DNA of 64,000 nucleotides from assembly GCF_004010195.1 (NCBI RefSeq), contig NC_057719.1, positions 82,103,224-82,167,223 on the forward strand. Direction: 5' to 3'. This DNA comes from Chiloscyllium plagiosum. Lineage: Eukaryota. How positions within the stretch are numbered: position 1 is the stretch's first letter; each line of letters starts with the position of its first letter. Of this stretch, positions 12,530-25,815 are shown in pieces. The position numbers and the translations under genes are program-made. The notes beneath the pieces were generated by a model. That model did not search any database and was not told the origin of the DNA. It was given only the letters and a program-made list of their open reading frames with translations.

Positions 12530-13320
12530 CAACATGTTGATCTAACTCTTCCGTGGGACTCCGGACTTCTCGAATCTAGTATCCCCTTTAGGTTTACTTT
12601 AGTGTCTTGACTTAAATGAACTTAAATAACATACCCACATAAACTATCCTGCAGCTTCAATTTTAATTTCCCAGTCTACCTTAATTGCTGCAGCTCCTAG
12701 CCTACCTTAACTGCTGAGACCTCGCTGTTTTGCATCTGCAGCTGAGAATCTCTCTCTCTCTTCCTCCTTCTCTCTCTTTCGTTATCCTTACTGTTAAATC
12801 AGCTGCAAAGTTGCACTCCTTTACAACTTCTAATTGCTAACTCTGTCCCTCGTTGCTTCAAATCATTAAAGTCTCCTTCTTAACTTTTAAACAATTCTCT
12901 CCTGGCATAATTCCGCCTGCAACAGTTAGTCTCCTGACAACTACGTATTACCTTTACCGTCTAATGCCATCTCGTGGCTCATGAAAACTTTCAACAATGC
13001 TAACCCCGAGCTGGCTAATGACTTCAGTAAAATCTGCCTTCATTTTATGCTCCCTTTGGACGCACAGTTTTTGCAACATTTTCAACTGAACGTGTGCACC
13101 TGTGCTCACAGAGCTAACAACTCATTAATATTGTCAGTTTGTCACCAATGGAAAGCTTGTTACTACCCCTGCACAGCAATCCCCCGACGCTCTGACCACT
13201 TCCTTTGAACCTACCAGATTGTGTCTGTTCTCAGTGCTGTCTACAGTTTGTATCTGGAAAACGATGGCCAGGAACATAGTGTGTCCTAGCTCTTACCTGA
13301 CCTCGGCTTCATTTTCCTGG
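12530..13320 (-). mobile_element. Possible decayed LTR-retrotransposon gag remnant (coiled-coil, E/R-rich)
   Basis: Minus strand has E/R/Q-rich codon runs ('gaaagagagagaagg...cagctgcagatg', 'gagctgcagcaattaagg'); many stops; weak support. Confidence 0.25.
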
Positions 13321-13606
13321 CGTTAAAGAGACATGCAATTTAGGAATATTTATGGAGTAACATAGTACATTTACTTACATTCAGCCCAATTAACGAAACA
13401 AAAATGGAGAAGCTAGCAACGTGAATCTTATCGCTTCTCAATCATAAATGAAAGCTCCCCTCTGTACCAATGTACCTTTGGAGGAACGTATCCAAGATGC
13501 AGATCAATTTATTACCGTAAGAAGCTCAGATACTGCCCAATAAATCATTTCTGAGATGACCTACTCAAACGTTTAAGTGATTGTTTTACCATGTAGCTGT
13601 ATTAGT

Positions 13607-14105
13607 AGAGTCATAGAGATGTACAGCATGGAAACAGACTCTTCGGTCCAACTCGTCCATGTCGAACAGATATCCAACCCAATCTAGTCCCACCTGCCAG
13701 TACCCAGCCCATATCCCTCCAAACCCTTCCTATTCATATATCCATCCAGATTCCCATTAAATGCTGCGATTGTACCAGCCTCCACTATTTCCTCTGGCAG
13801 CTCATTCCATACACGTACCACTCTCTGCATGAAATATTTGCCCCTTAGGTCCCTTTTATGTCTTTCCCCACTTACCCCAAACCTATGCCCTCTAGTTCTG
13901 GATTTCCCCACCCCAGGGAAAAGACCTTGTCTATTTACCTTATCCATGTCCCTCATGATTTTGTAAACCTCTATAAGGTCACCCCCTCAGCCTCCACCAC
14001 TCCAGGGAAAACAGCCCCAGCTTATTCAACTTCTCCCAATAGCTCAAACCCTCCAACCCTGGCAACATCCTTGTAAATCTTTTCTGAACCCTTTCAAGTT
14101 GCACA
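13607..14105 (-). mobile_element. CR1 LINE 3' fragment (young)
   Basis: 'QGLFPGVGKSRTRGHRF...QRVVRVWNELPEEIVEAGT'. Confidence 0.92.
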
Positions 14106-16299
14106 CCATTGATATCTACTTTTTATCAGCCTGTCCAAAAATATAATGACGAACATCGGGCACAGGTGAAACTTGGACCCGGAACTTCTGACCAGAAGTC
14201 GGGACACTACCATTGTGCCAATGGTTCCGTTTGTTTGCTGGTCAAGGGATGTTGATGTTGATGGAATCTAAACTGGATTTGCCATTTGAATACAGTGGCA
14301 GCAAGAGGCAATGAATACTGCACCACCTGACTCCTCAAACCCTGACCTATTCAAAAGTACATTTACCAAATTGTTTGAATGCATGTGAGGCTTTTGTTGC
14401 TAAGACAAGTGCAGGTGGTTCAGAGAAGGCCATACCTGTGGTTGGACAAAAACATATATGGATGACATTGAGTTGGTTGTGTTGGGTTGGGGGCTTGTTG
14501 GTGGCACTTTAGTGGGAATTGTACGGCCTTGAGCCTGTACTGTAGCCGTAATGTTACTTGCTGTTTCTCTACATTTCAGTTTAGCTTCTAATTCCTTTTT
14601 GTGTTATGCACAACCCCATTATTTATATTTTATTAAGAAACTTTCTTCTGGTCTATCACAATTCTCAAAAACCGTTTGTTCCCCGTTTCACAGGTTGTCA
14701 TCCGTTCATCTCACAAAGTTTCCAAATGCAGTGCCATTCTTATGGAGATATTCACTTTAAAGCCTATTCCATTTATTTTGTTTTGTTGTGCCCAGGGTTT
14801 GCTTTCGATCTCATCATTAACTACCTCTGGTTAAAAGAAACTGGTTCTTTCTGCAATGAATAATTCATTGTTGAGCTTGGTAACTTGGTGCAATGACTTA
14901 TTCTCATTGCTTACGGTCTCACCACTGTGAGACTCATCATTGTGCCACAGTTACATAGCCTGTTCGACAGCCACAGTCTGGGTACTTAATTAACGTTTTG
15001 GTCCAATTCCATGTGAATGAATAACTGATTAAATGAATATTTGTACAAAAGCAAATCCTTACTCAACCAGTCAAAAAAGGTCCAGATCTTTGTCTCTTTT
15101 GTTTAATTCTCGGCCCCATCTCTGATCAAAAGGACTCAGGCATAGTGCTCAAAAGATTAAAGTCCTGAATTGGCAATTCCTGAACTTTCCCTGCCAAGTT
15201 TCAGCACTAACCTCCTACAGCAACATTTCCAGTGAGCTCTTATGCTGAGTGAGATCACAATTGCAATGGGCTACATCAGGGTCAAGTTTGGCTTGCGCCA
15301 GAGAGTGGGTCGACAGCAATATTTTCATACTCGGTCCCACACAAATATGATCTGATTATATGTTAAGTACAGTGTATCTCTAGAGAGCATTCTGAGTGGA
15401 CAGTTCAATTTTTGTGTAGGAGGTCTGGTCACTCTGTGAGGTAAGGTTATCTGTTACACTATACATCTGGGAATCAACTGGATAATCTCATTTACAGGAT
15501 GGTTGAGGGGTAAGTGTCGACGAGAACACTGGAGAGATCAGATCTTTTCAAATTCAGCCTCATTCTTAAATCTGAGAAGTATGAACTTTCCTTCTGAGAA
15601 TTAAGGAGTCTTTTTTTCTCTGGAAAGGATATTTACTGTTAAAAAAAACAATCTTAAATTAGGACACCAAGTGCTGGGCGTGCATCCGTGCAATGTTTGA
15701 AGTAGGACAGGGGTGTGTTACTTCCTTTTCCAGAATATTCTGAATTCACTTCAGAGAGCAGTTCTGCCAGATCACAAAGCAGCTTTAAGATAGGCATGGG
15801 GCAGCTAAAGTCACAAGAGCTAAATAATGTCCAGGCTATCTGTCATCTTCAACATGATCCTTATGAAACAATGCTACATTCTATGCACATACTAAATTTA
15901 GCTTGACACCAGTGCATCAAAACAAGACAAAAGTGTGGTTATGCAGCAATTAAGTTATTTGATTGCGAATAATCCAGGGCATGAGTTCCAATTTTATCAC
16001 AAATAGCTGTAAATAAAAGACAGGTATTATCTGGCCTAGCCTACATGTGATTTCACTGACACAACAAAGTGGTAGACTCTTTCCTGCCTTCTCAAGTCAT
16101 CTTCCAAGCCAATTAGTCTACTACTTTGCAACGGTTTGAGCAGAAGGCTCACCAGGCAGATGGACTACAAATGCTACCCTTATCATATATACCCACACCC
16201 TAAAAGTGGACTCTCTAAAGCCTGTACTTTCAACCAATACCTGGCAAAATGCTAACGGACAGGTTTGGTATCTGTGGATATATGGCTATGGAGTAACAG

Positions 16300-17090
16300 C
16301 ATCAACAACTTTCATTTGTACAGCACTTTTAATGCATTCAAATATCCTAGGTGCTTTACAAGATGTAATCTGATAATGTTTGACAGAGAGCTGTATAAGG
16401 AGGTCTACGTGGGTTGATGGAGGCTCATCATCTCAGTCCCAGGACATCATTGCCAGAGTTCTTCAAGGCAGTGTCCTAGGGTAAAGTTAACTTCAACTGC
16501 CTCATCAAAGACCTTTCTGCCACTACATGGGTCAAAAGTGGGGATGCTCACAGATGATCATTGTGTGTTCAGTCTAATTTGCAAGCAATTTGAGACAACA
16601 ATCTGACTCCACACAGCATTTGCCTCATCAGGGGTATAGTAGAATATGTCTTTGGATGAGGGGAACTCCAACAACTCTCAAGAAACTCATCAGAATCCAG
16701 GACAAAGCAGATCACTTGGTTCATCATTATGAACAACTTGAATTTAAATAATGCCTTCAGCCAAAAGTAACCAAAAGTGGAAATGTTGGTTTTATCAGCT
16801 AAAATCAGTCACCAAGACTTATAAGGAAATACTAAACAATATTAAAACTTGGTCAGAGAGAAGGGATTCTCGGAGGCTCTCTGCTAGGTGAGGAGAAAGG
16901 TGATCAGATTTCTGGAAGGCTCAATCAACAGTGCTGGAGCGATGAAAATTGGTAATACATAAGAGGTAGGAATTGGTAGAGTTCAGAGGTCGCAGAGGGT
17001 TATAAAATTGGCAGTGGGAAGGCATTGAAAATAATTGAACACAAGGATGAGAATTTTAAAATCTAGGTGTTTTAGCTCCACTTGATGATA
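16300..17090. mobile_element. Interleaved L2 (minus) and second-family LINE (plus, ~16410-16740) fragments
   Basis: L2-type tails at ~16305 and ~16733; 'gagttcttcaaggcagtgtcctagg' is a decayed GVPQGSVLG RT motif. Confidence 0.55.
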
Positions 17091-17708
17091 GGTGGTTGGA
17101 AGTCTGAAAGTTGCTGTTCTTAGCTCAGTAAATATCCAAATCTTCTCCTTTAGTTCTCCACCTAAAGGCAAGCGCAACTCCCAGAACAATGATGTCAAGA
17201 AAATAGGTCCCATTACATTCTAACTGGAATGAGGAGTCAAACCACAAGCTGTTGTTGGCACCAATTAGATCTATATTGGCTGTCCAGGCAGCTGGCCTCT
17301 TGGGAGTCTGAATTACTGTGGCAACATACACTCTTGCAGGTTGTAGACCTGGATAGTGATAGTAGGGCCTCCAATTTTCTTTCCATCACAATCTCTGCTC
17401 CCGTTAATTTGTGATGGGAAGAATTCCAGGTTGTTCAACATGGATACACTTTCCTTGGCTAGCAAGCCCTGGAGTGGGACATGAAGCCAGAGTTTGAGAC
17501 TGAGAGGCAGGAGGCTACACACTGCACCACGAGATCGCTAATCCAAACGGGATCAATTTTCACGTATTTCTCTTACTCCCGCCACAATTCTGGATGACAT
17601 TATTCTGTAACAGATCAAATACAATTCCATAAAAGGAGCCTTTAATTGGCTTATCTCTTAATGATAAGTTCAGACTTACAAATAGTTGCTTGCAGGACAG
17701 ACATAAAC

Positions 17709-17789
17709 ATTGCTAAAAAGAGATGCTATTTATCTTGCCCTCATCTAGACTAGCAGAAAAGCTCAGATCTTGCATCTCTTTTTAGCAAT
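17709..17789. repeat. Perfect 18-bp inverted repeat with 45-bp spacer
   Basis: attgctaaaaagagatgc (17709-17726) / gcatctctttttagcaat (17772-17789). Confidence 0.85.
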
Positions 17790-18514
17790 ATTTGAGTTTT
17801 CTTAGCTGAATAGGCTATTTCCATCGAGCTCAGTCTCTCTGAAGTCATTGAGGTGAAAAGCCTGGATGTATTCAATGGGAAGCAATATAGAACATCAGGA
17901 AGTAAGGAAGAGAAGGATGTACTGACAGGAGGGAGGTGAAAAGGGGAGGGGAAATGCTTGTGTGGAAAATAAATACTAGCAGGGTCCTGCTTGACTAAAT
18001 GGCTAACTCCTGTGCTGTAATTCCTGTGTAATTCACTCGTTATCTTATCAATAGTTCCTCCCTTGTTATATATAATTACTGCTCTATGAAATGAAACCTT
18101 TAATTATAAGTCTGTATTTGGTTTGTATCATTCTAACCAATTAAAAATGATGATACATGCCTAGATGTTTCCCTCTGCAGAAGGAACTATTTTCTCCCAC
18201 TGTTAGCAAATGATTCAGTGTGCAACGCCTCATCTTTAATTGGATCTCAAATTACTTCATGCTGAAATTGACCATTCCTGCAGTCAGTCATGGTGTAACA
18301 ATCCACAAGGTACTTTCAGTTAATTTAAACTTCCTTGCTTTAAAGGCAAATCCTAAATGTTAATATTTACCACAACGTGGGCCTAATGGTCTGTGGGGGC
18401 GGGTGGGTGGAGGACAGAGGCTTATCCATGTTGTGAGGGGTATGGTGCGTAGGAGATTTAGGCATTTCCCAAACTGGCATAGTAGATGAGAAGTTTTCTC
18501 ATGGAGGTGTGTGG

Positions 18515-18925
18515 GGAGTATAGGTATAGGAGCAGAAGCAGGCTATTCTGCCTATCAAGGCTGCTCTGCCATTCAGTGATATCAGGGCTGATCTGATCAT
18601 TCTCAACTCCACTTGCCTGCCTTTTCCCCATAACCTTTGACTCCTTCACTGATTAAAAATCTGTCTGTCTTAGCGCTGAGTATAATTAACTGTCCTGCCA
18701 TACGGCCCTCTGCAGAAACGAATTCCATAGATTCACTCCCCTCTGAGAGAAGAAGTTCTTTCTCACCTGACTCTTAAGTATGCGACCCCTTAGTCTGAGA
18801 TGATGTTCTCCGCTCCTAATTTGTCCCATGAGTGAAAATAGCATTTGTGCAGCTACCCATTTCTGTTAAGTCCCCTAAGACTCTGGTATTGTTCAATATG
18901 ATTGCCTCTCATTCTTCTATGTTCT
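18515..18925 (-). mobile_element. CR1 LINE 3' fragment
   Basis: Reverse of 'ttctctcagagg..gtgaatctatggaatt' and a CR1 3' UTR 'gaatggcagagcag'. Confidence 0.75.
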
Positions 18926-19039
18926 GGGTACAGACTCAATCATGCATGTTGGTGTTGCTCGCTGGTCCAGCAGTTATTGGCCAATGGCTTGCTGGGTGAT
19001 TTCAGAGGTCACTTAAGAATAAACTACATTGCTGATGAA

Positions 19040-20100
19040 TCTGGTCTGGAGTCACATGTACTGAAACAGCTGGGTGAGGAAATTCTGGAGCGCAGGTCTT
19101 CAGTACTATTACAGGAATGTTGTCCAGGCCCATAATCTTTGCAATGTCCAGTGCCTCCAACCAATTCTTGATATCACATGGGACAAATCAAATTGGCTGA
19201 AGACTGGTATTTGTGATGCTGGAGATCTCCGGAGGAGGCCGAGATGGATCATCCGCTCAGCACTTCTGGCTAAAGATTGCTGTAAAAATTTCAGCCTTAT
19301 CTTTTGCACCAATGTGTTGGGCTCGTTCATCATTGAGGATGGGGATATTTGTGGCACCTCCTCCTTCAGTGAATTGTTTAATTGTCCACCACTATTTATG
19401 ACTGCATGTGGTAGGACTACAGAGTTTTGATCTGATCCATTGTTTGTGAGATCATTTAGCTCTGTCTATCACTTGCTGCTTATGCTGCTGGGCATGCAAG
19501 AGGTCCCGTTTGGCAACTTCACCAGGATACAGCTCATTTACAGGTATGCTTGATACTGCTTCTTGCATGCCCTCCTCACTTTTATTGAACTAATGTTGAT
19601 CCCTCTGGCTTGATGGTAATGGTTGAGTGCCTATGAGGTTGTAGGTAAAAACAATGACTGCAGATGCTGGAAACTAGACTCTGGATTAGTGGTGCTGGAA
19701 GAGCACAGCAGTTCAGGCAGCATCCGAGGATCAGTAAAATCAACGTTTCAGGCAAAAGCCCTTCATGAGGTTGTAGATTGTATTGGAAAACAATTCTGCT
19801 GCTGTTGATGTCCCACAGCCCATTATGGATGCCCAGACTTGAATTATTAGATTTGTTCAAAGTCTGTCCCATCTTGCACAGTGATAGAGCCGCACAACAC
19901 CGATAGAGGGTATTCTCAATGTGGAGATAGGACTTTGTCCCCACAAGGACTGTGAGATGGTCACTCTCATTGATACTCTCACAGACAGATGCAACTGCCG
20001 CCAAGAGATTAATAAGGAAGAGGTCAAGTATGTTTTTCCATCTTGTTGGTTTCCTCAGCATTTGCCGTAGACTCAGTCTAGCAGCTATGCCCTTGAGCTC
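19040..20100 (-). mobile_element. Second-family LINE ORF2 (end of APE endonuclease to linker), with nested PLE insert
   Basis: 'PTRWKNILDLFLINL...SINESDHLTVLV' (APE SDH motif); degenerate KAxGPD motif near 19130. Confidence 0.8.
19645..19764 (-). mobile_element. Short PLE-derived insert, truncated inside the hammerhead core
   Basis: Homologous to 42168-42290; perfect 12-bp TSD atgaggttgtag at 19633-19644 and 19765-19776. Confidence 0.87.
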
Positions 20101-20699
20101 GATCAGTAATGCTGATTAATGGCCCACTGAGAGTCATTCAATGGGGCTGCCAACTTTGTGGATGCAGGCATCTGGGAGGCAACCAATTGGTGAGGGGATG
20201 TTAGGAGGTGTGCTTGGGCGGGGAAGGCTTCCCCTTACAAAATATCATTAGGCCAGCTTCTTATTCCAGATTTTATTAAACTCAAGTTTTACCATTTGCC
20301 ATTATGTGAGTCTTGACATAAAGAGTCAGCACATCCTTTAACTGGCGTGTCATCAGTTCTAGATCTCATATAAGAGCTGTACTCTTCATGGAAGTGCAGG
20401 TCACCTGATAGAGACCTCAATGAAGAGACCTCATTGATTTCTCAACATCTCCTTCTACCCTACTTGAGGAGGTATAACAAACTGTACTCTCCTGATTGTC
20501 GTCACATTGTTAGGTCTGAAATCTGTTACTCGGACTGTGAAAAGTTGTGCTGGCGTTTTGAACGTATCTAGCTTAATTGAGGGGTGGCTGCTAATTAATA
20601 AGAATCGATCCGTATTGTCTCATGGCCCTGGCTTGATCTTGGTCATCGGGAAACAGTGATGTACAGCAGGAGCATGCTGGTAAGGGACTTCTGATTTCC

Positions 20700-21010
20700 A
20701 GATGCTTAGCTAATGTTTCCGTGCTGTATGACTCTTTAAAGGCTCTGTTTTATAGGCCATCACCTGCAATAAATTACTGCATTACATTTAGCTTCCTAAT
20801 CACTTGCTATACCTGCAGATTAACGTTTTGTGATTCATGGACTAGAATTTTCGGATCCCTAGATATCACAGAGTTCTGCAATGTCCCTTCATTTGAATGG
20901 TATGGGCTTTTTTTCTCAGTCTTCCTTGCAAAATGGACAAATTCACATTTTCCTGCAATAGATCAAATTTTTGTCCAGTCTCCTAACCTATCTATATCCT
21001 TTGGCAGACT
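20700..21010 (-). mobile_element. Decayed CR1 RT fragment
   Basis: Resembles 8440-8720 and 62520-62750 ('caaattcacattttcctgc', 'cctaacctatctatatcc'). Confidence 0.55.
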
Positions 21011-21730
21011 CCTGGATAAGGACCGGATAGTTGGTTTTTTAGTGAAGTTATTTGAAGTATAAACACTAACGAGGATGGCAAGGTGAATTTCCCTGCTTTT
21101 CCTTCACAGGGTCACAGCATCCCTTACATCCAAAATCCAGTTTAACAGCATGGATTCTCTGTTCAAGTTTCTGAAGTGGAATTTGAACCTATGATGTCTG
21201 GTTCAGAGGCACTACAAAGAGTGCCAGCTGAGGTTGAGGAAAGGTAGAGCACAGACATGTGAGCACCAGGGCCCACAAGTTACCAGTACTGGGTCGATGG
21301 GTCCAGATTCATTGTCATTTCATATTCAGCATTGCACGTTTCACAATAATTTGGTGCGTTATATTCAGAATCTTCAGTAAAAATGTTTTTGACGCACCTC
21401 TCAAGTGGATGCAAAAGGTTCCACAGTGCAATTTTGAAGTAGATGTTTGACTCCAGAAGTGAAATTGTTAAGACAGATCATCTTGTCAAAACCATAGTGG
21501 GAGCTTAGATTTACACAGATTGGTTGAAGTACTTTCTATTTTAGTCAATGATGTGAATCATTAAGGGGTGATCCAACACCATGAAAGACACTATATAAAT
21601 GCATGTTCATTTTTTTTTCTTGTGTCTTTCTTTCCCACCTTCTGTGAATTTACCCGATCTCAAATGTAGGAAGATGGCATCTTATAATTTTACTTCTTCT
21701 GAAAGCAAATGACAGTAAAGGTTGACAAAG

Positions 21731-21978
21731 TGGCTCTGTGGTTAGCACTGCTGACTAACAGCACTAGGTACCCTTGGGTGACTGTCTGTGTGGAGTTTGT
21801 ATGTTTTCCCTGTGTCTGCATGGGTTTCCTTTGGGTGCTCTGGATTCCTCCCACAGTCCAAACATGTCCAGGCTAGGTGGGTTAGCCATGGAAAATGCAC
21901 AATTACAGGGAATGATGTCAAGGGAATGGACTTGATGGGCTGAATGGCCTGCTTCTGCACTGTAAGGATTCTGTGATT
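21731..21978 (+). mobile_element. HE1-like V-SINE (internally deleted)
   Basis: 'gtggttagcactgctg...gactgtctgtgtggagtttgtatgttttccctgtgtctgcatgggtttcc'. Confidence 0.87.
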
Positions 21979-23429
21979 AAATTCCTGCACATGAAACTCA
22001 TTGTGTAAAAGGCAGCTTCCCACGGCACTATGCTCTCTCTGCTGGTTGCATTTAGGACATTACTTGCAGAGATCATTTCATTTCCTACTCGAGTTTTCTT
22101 CATTTGGAGGGCAAGTCTTTTAACTTCATTTTAAAACATGCCATCAAAACACTGGTATTCATTTCTAGATGAACACAATGGAAAACCTGAGGAGATACAT
22201 TGAACTTTGGCTAGTCCACACGTGTAGTGTAGGGTACAGTTCTGGTCTTGCTATTGCAGAAAGAAGGCACTGGAGAGGTTGAAAAGAAGATCTATAGACG
22301 AGACCTGAACCCAAATGTTATACCTATCAGAGCAGACTGGGTGCCTTTTTCTCCTGGGAACAGAAGGTTGAAGAAAAGATTTTTTTTATCATATCATGAA
22401 GTAGTTTGGTCAGGTCACCTTGAGGAAAGCTGTATGTTTGAAATAATCGCAAATAAATCCAATAAGGAAGACTGAAGAAATACCTTTATCCATAAGACAT
22501 AGGAGTAGATGCAGGCCGTTCAACCCATCAAGTCTGTTCAATGAGTGGTTAAAATAAGAATAAGGTAGGAATTTACTACCTCATGAGGTGAATAGCGTAA
22601 AGTGAATTTCATGGAAAATTATCCATACTAAATACTTTGGAGGAGAAGAGATTTGAAGTCCTTGTGCATAAACCATTAGAAATCATAGGTACAAAATATA
22701 ACTAAGAAAAGCTGCTGTCCGTTTCCCAGTGGGGCTGGAATGTCACTGGGATGTGACATTGTCTTTTCGCAATGGGATGGGAGCCTTTTCTGTTCCTGGT
22801 TTCAGGCTAGTTAAAATATTGGAAGGGATAGGTAGTAGGTGGTGCGATGTCATCTGGTACTCCTTGAGCCCACTTCCCTTTGCACCGTTCCAAGGTGAGT
22901 TAAAATTGTTGCTGATAATTTCCCAAAGGGTTTTCAGAGCTAATGTTCTGGAACCTGATCAGCTTTGGTCATCAACATCTTATTCCAGCTTCTAGGTAAA
23001 AAACTCCTCCAGAATCAGAACATGATGCATCTCATAACTGTATGGGAAAGAACAGGAGCCCAGCATTGACCCTCTTCCTGCTAGGTATGCCCCTCCATCA
23101 GCCTCACCCTTATTTATAGTCAAGGATATCTCAGTTTCTGGTGGAAGCTGAAAAAAATTGCACAGATGGTCATCAGAATCTCTTTCTAGATTTATTCTTG
23201 GCATTGGTGAGAAGCGAGTGGTAAGCCACCTTGTTGAACTGCTGCAGCCGTTTAGTAGTGGTTTCCAGAATAGTGCTGTTAGCCCGTTCCAGAATTTGGG
23301 CCCAGTAGCAGTGAAGGACTTTTCTAAAGATGTGTGACTTGAATGACAATTTGGAGTAGGTGATGTTCCCATCCTTTCAAGTGTGAGAATGTGCCATTTA
23401 TTAGCCTCCATTGGATTGCACACACTGCT

Positions 23430-23900
23430 GTCATGATACATTACAGGGAGGTATCTAATAGGGATCCCCAAGGACCAGAAGCAGGACTGCTCCTTTCTTT
23501 GATTGATTACATGATTCAGTCTTGATTGTTCAAGGCATAGCAACACCATTATGTACCTGGAAGCATTGTGAACTGTGAAGAGGATAGTGACAGACTTAAC
23601 TGGACATAGACAGCCTGATATATTGGACAAACATGGCAGATGAAATTTAATACAGAGATGTGTGTTGTGATAGGAGGATATAATTCTAATGTATATGCAG
23701 ATAGAGAGACCCGCGTGTGTATAAATCATTGAAGTTGACAGAGTAGGCTGAGAAAGTGGAGAAGAAGGCATTGGAGATCCTGTGTTTTGTAAATAGAGCA
23801 TAGGGTCCAAACATAAAGAGTTAATATTAACCTCTTTTAAACACTTTTTTGGCCTGAAATAGAGTTTTATGTCCAATTCTGGGCAAACGGTTTAAGAAGA
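23430..23900 (+). mobile_element. Decayed CR1 RT fragment
   Basis: 'acatggcagatgaaatttaatacagag' (WQMKFN); 'agagcatagggtccaaa'. Confidence 0.65.
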
Positions 23901-23920
23901 ATGACAGAGACGTAAGAGAT

Positions 23921-24235
23921 GGAGGTGATGGCCTGATGGTATATTACCACTAGATTATTAATTCAGAGACCAAGGTGATGTTCTGGGGACTGGGTTTGAA
24001 TCTCCACCATGGCAGATAGCAATTTGAATGCAATGTCTAAAAGAAAATGGAATTAAGAATCTAAATTTGTCATTAGACTGAAGAGGAAAATGCACATTAG
24101 TTTCTTTCTGTGGAGAAAGAAACTAATGTGACTCCAGACCTACAACAATGTGATTGGCTTTTTACTGCCCTCTGGACAATTATGGATGGGCAATAAATGC
24201 TGGCTTAACAGCGATGTTTACATCTGTGAATGAAG
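23921..24235 (+). mobile_element. tRNA-derived SINE sharing the 3' tail of the second LINE family
   Basis: Head 'ggaggtgatggcctgatggt...gggtttgaatctccacc'; tail 'gatgggcaataaatgctggc...tgaatgaa'. Confidence 0.65.
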
Positions 24236-24239
24236 TTGA

Positions 24240-24700
24240 AGGCAGGTATAGAAAATATTTGCAAGCATGGTTCCAATTGAGGAATTTTAGTTACACTGAT
24301 AAATTGAGAGAAGTTTCAATAGATGTGTTCAAAATCATGAGGGATCAGGATAGAGTGGATAAAGAGAGAAATTGCTTCCATTGACAGGACAAGAACCAGG
24401 GGATACCAATTAGTGGCAAAAATGATTGGCAAAAGAACCAGACGCAGCAAGAGGAAAATAATTTTTTATGGAGTGAGTGGGTAGGATCTGGAATGCACTG
24501 CCTGAGAGTGTGGTGGAGGCAGATTCAGCTGAGGCTTCTGAAGGCAATTGGATAAAGGCCTGAAAAGAAATACATTTATAAGGCCTCGGACAAATGGCAG
24601 GTGAGTGGGACTAGTTCAATTGCTCTTGCAGACAGCCAGCATAGACACAACAGGCCAAATGGCCTCCTTCTGTGCTCTAACTATTCCATGACTCTCCAAA
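24240..24700 (+). mobile_element. CR1 3' fragment
   Basis: 'DVFKIMRDQDRVDKE'; 'atctggaatgcactgcctgagagtgtggtggaggcag'. Confidence 0.78.
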
Positions 24701-25045
24701 CCTATTACAGACACTGAGATGTTGATCAAACAGACATCTTTCTTCTGAACGGTATCAATCTCTTGATATCAATATGAGCGGGATTCTGACAAGTGCATTG
24801 TGTATGGCAGAGAGGCTTAGGGGAGATGGTAAGTGAGACATTGATCACAGAATTCCTGAGCCGTATTTATGTGGGCTGGTCTATTTGAGTATCTGATCAA
24901 TAGTGATTCAAGAATGTTGGTGATGGACCTTTGATGAAGGAATATAGTTGAATGTTATGGGTAGATTGTTATATTTTTCTTGTTGAAGATTGTGATTGAT
25001 TGACAGTTGTGTAGACTGAATGCTACTGAACCAGTCATTAGCCTG

Positions 25046-25142
25046 AAACAAAAACAGAAAGTACTGGAGAAATTCAGCAAGTCTGGCAGCAACCGTGGAG
25101 AGAAAGCAGAGTTAATATTTCAAATTCACTGACCCTTATTTA
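25046..25142 (-). mobile_element. Degenerate PLE-type terminal fragment (third family)
   Basis: 'aaaacagaaagtactggagaaattcagcaagtctggcagc...gttaatatttc'; reverse of 26752-26890. Confidence 0.6.
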
Positions 25143-25636
25143 GTCTAAGTCTGATTTAAACCAAATGACCCAGCATATATTATCAATTTTGGACTAAAAG
25201 TTGAAAGTGGTTCAAAATGGTGAAGGATTTTGATGAAGCAAATCAAGAAAAAGCTGTTTCCACCAACCATTGGGAGAATCAATGAGCACTGTTTAAGATA
25301 ATTGGGAAAGGAACCAAAGAGGAAATATAAATTATTTTTCCATAATGAGCTACTGTGACCTGTTATGCCCTGCCTGAAATGATGGTGGAAACAAATTTGA
25401 GAGGATACTTCAAAATGGAAATGAATTTATATTGGAAGGGGTAGGTTGTGCAGGTCTACGGGGAAAGTGAGGGAGGAGTCGGCCATATTAGATAGCTGGC
25501 TAGGCACAATGGGCTCTGAGTGCTGGATGGTTCTAGGGAAACCACTGCAATGGACATAGTGAAAGGACAAAGGGTGCATTACCATCAAATTGCAGAAAGT
25601 AACTCCTGCCTTTTTCTGCAGTTTAGTAACTCCTGA

Positions 25637-25815
25637 GGGGTGGTTAGCTCAATTGGCTGGATGGCTGGTTCGTGATACAGGCTGACACCAATAGTATGGG
25701 CTCAATTCCTGCACCTGCTGAGGTCAAGATGAGGGTCTCATCTTCTTGCCTTTGCCTGAGGTACAGTGACCCTCAAGTTAAACCACCACCAGTCATCTCT
25801 CTCGAGGGAGAGAAT
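25637..25815 (+). mobile_element. tRNA-derived SINE (distinct family)
   Basis: A box 'tagctcaattgg', B box-like 'ggctcaattcc', then a non-tRNA body. Confidence 0.6.

Noticed and set aside
22992..23876. Longest ORF (294 aa, minus strand)
   Set aside because: Runs antisense through a decayed CR1 and then through the tail of the second LINE family; non-ATG start, no domain; a chance chimeric frame
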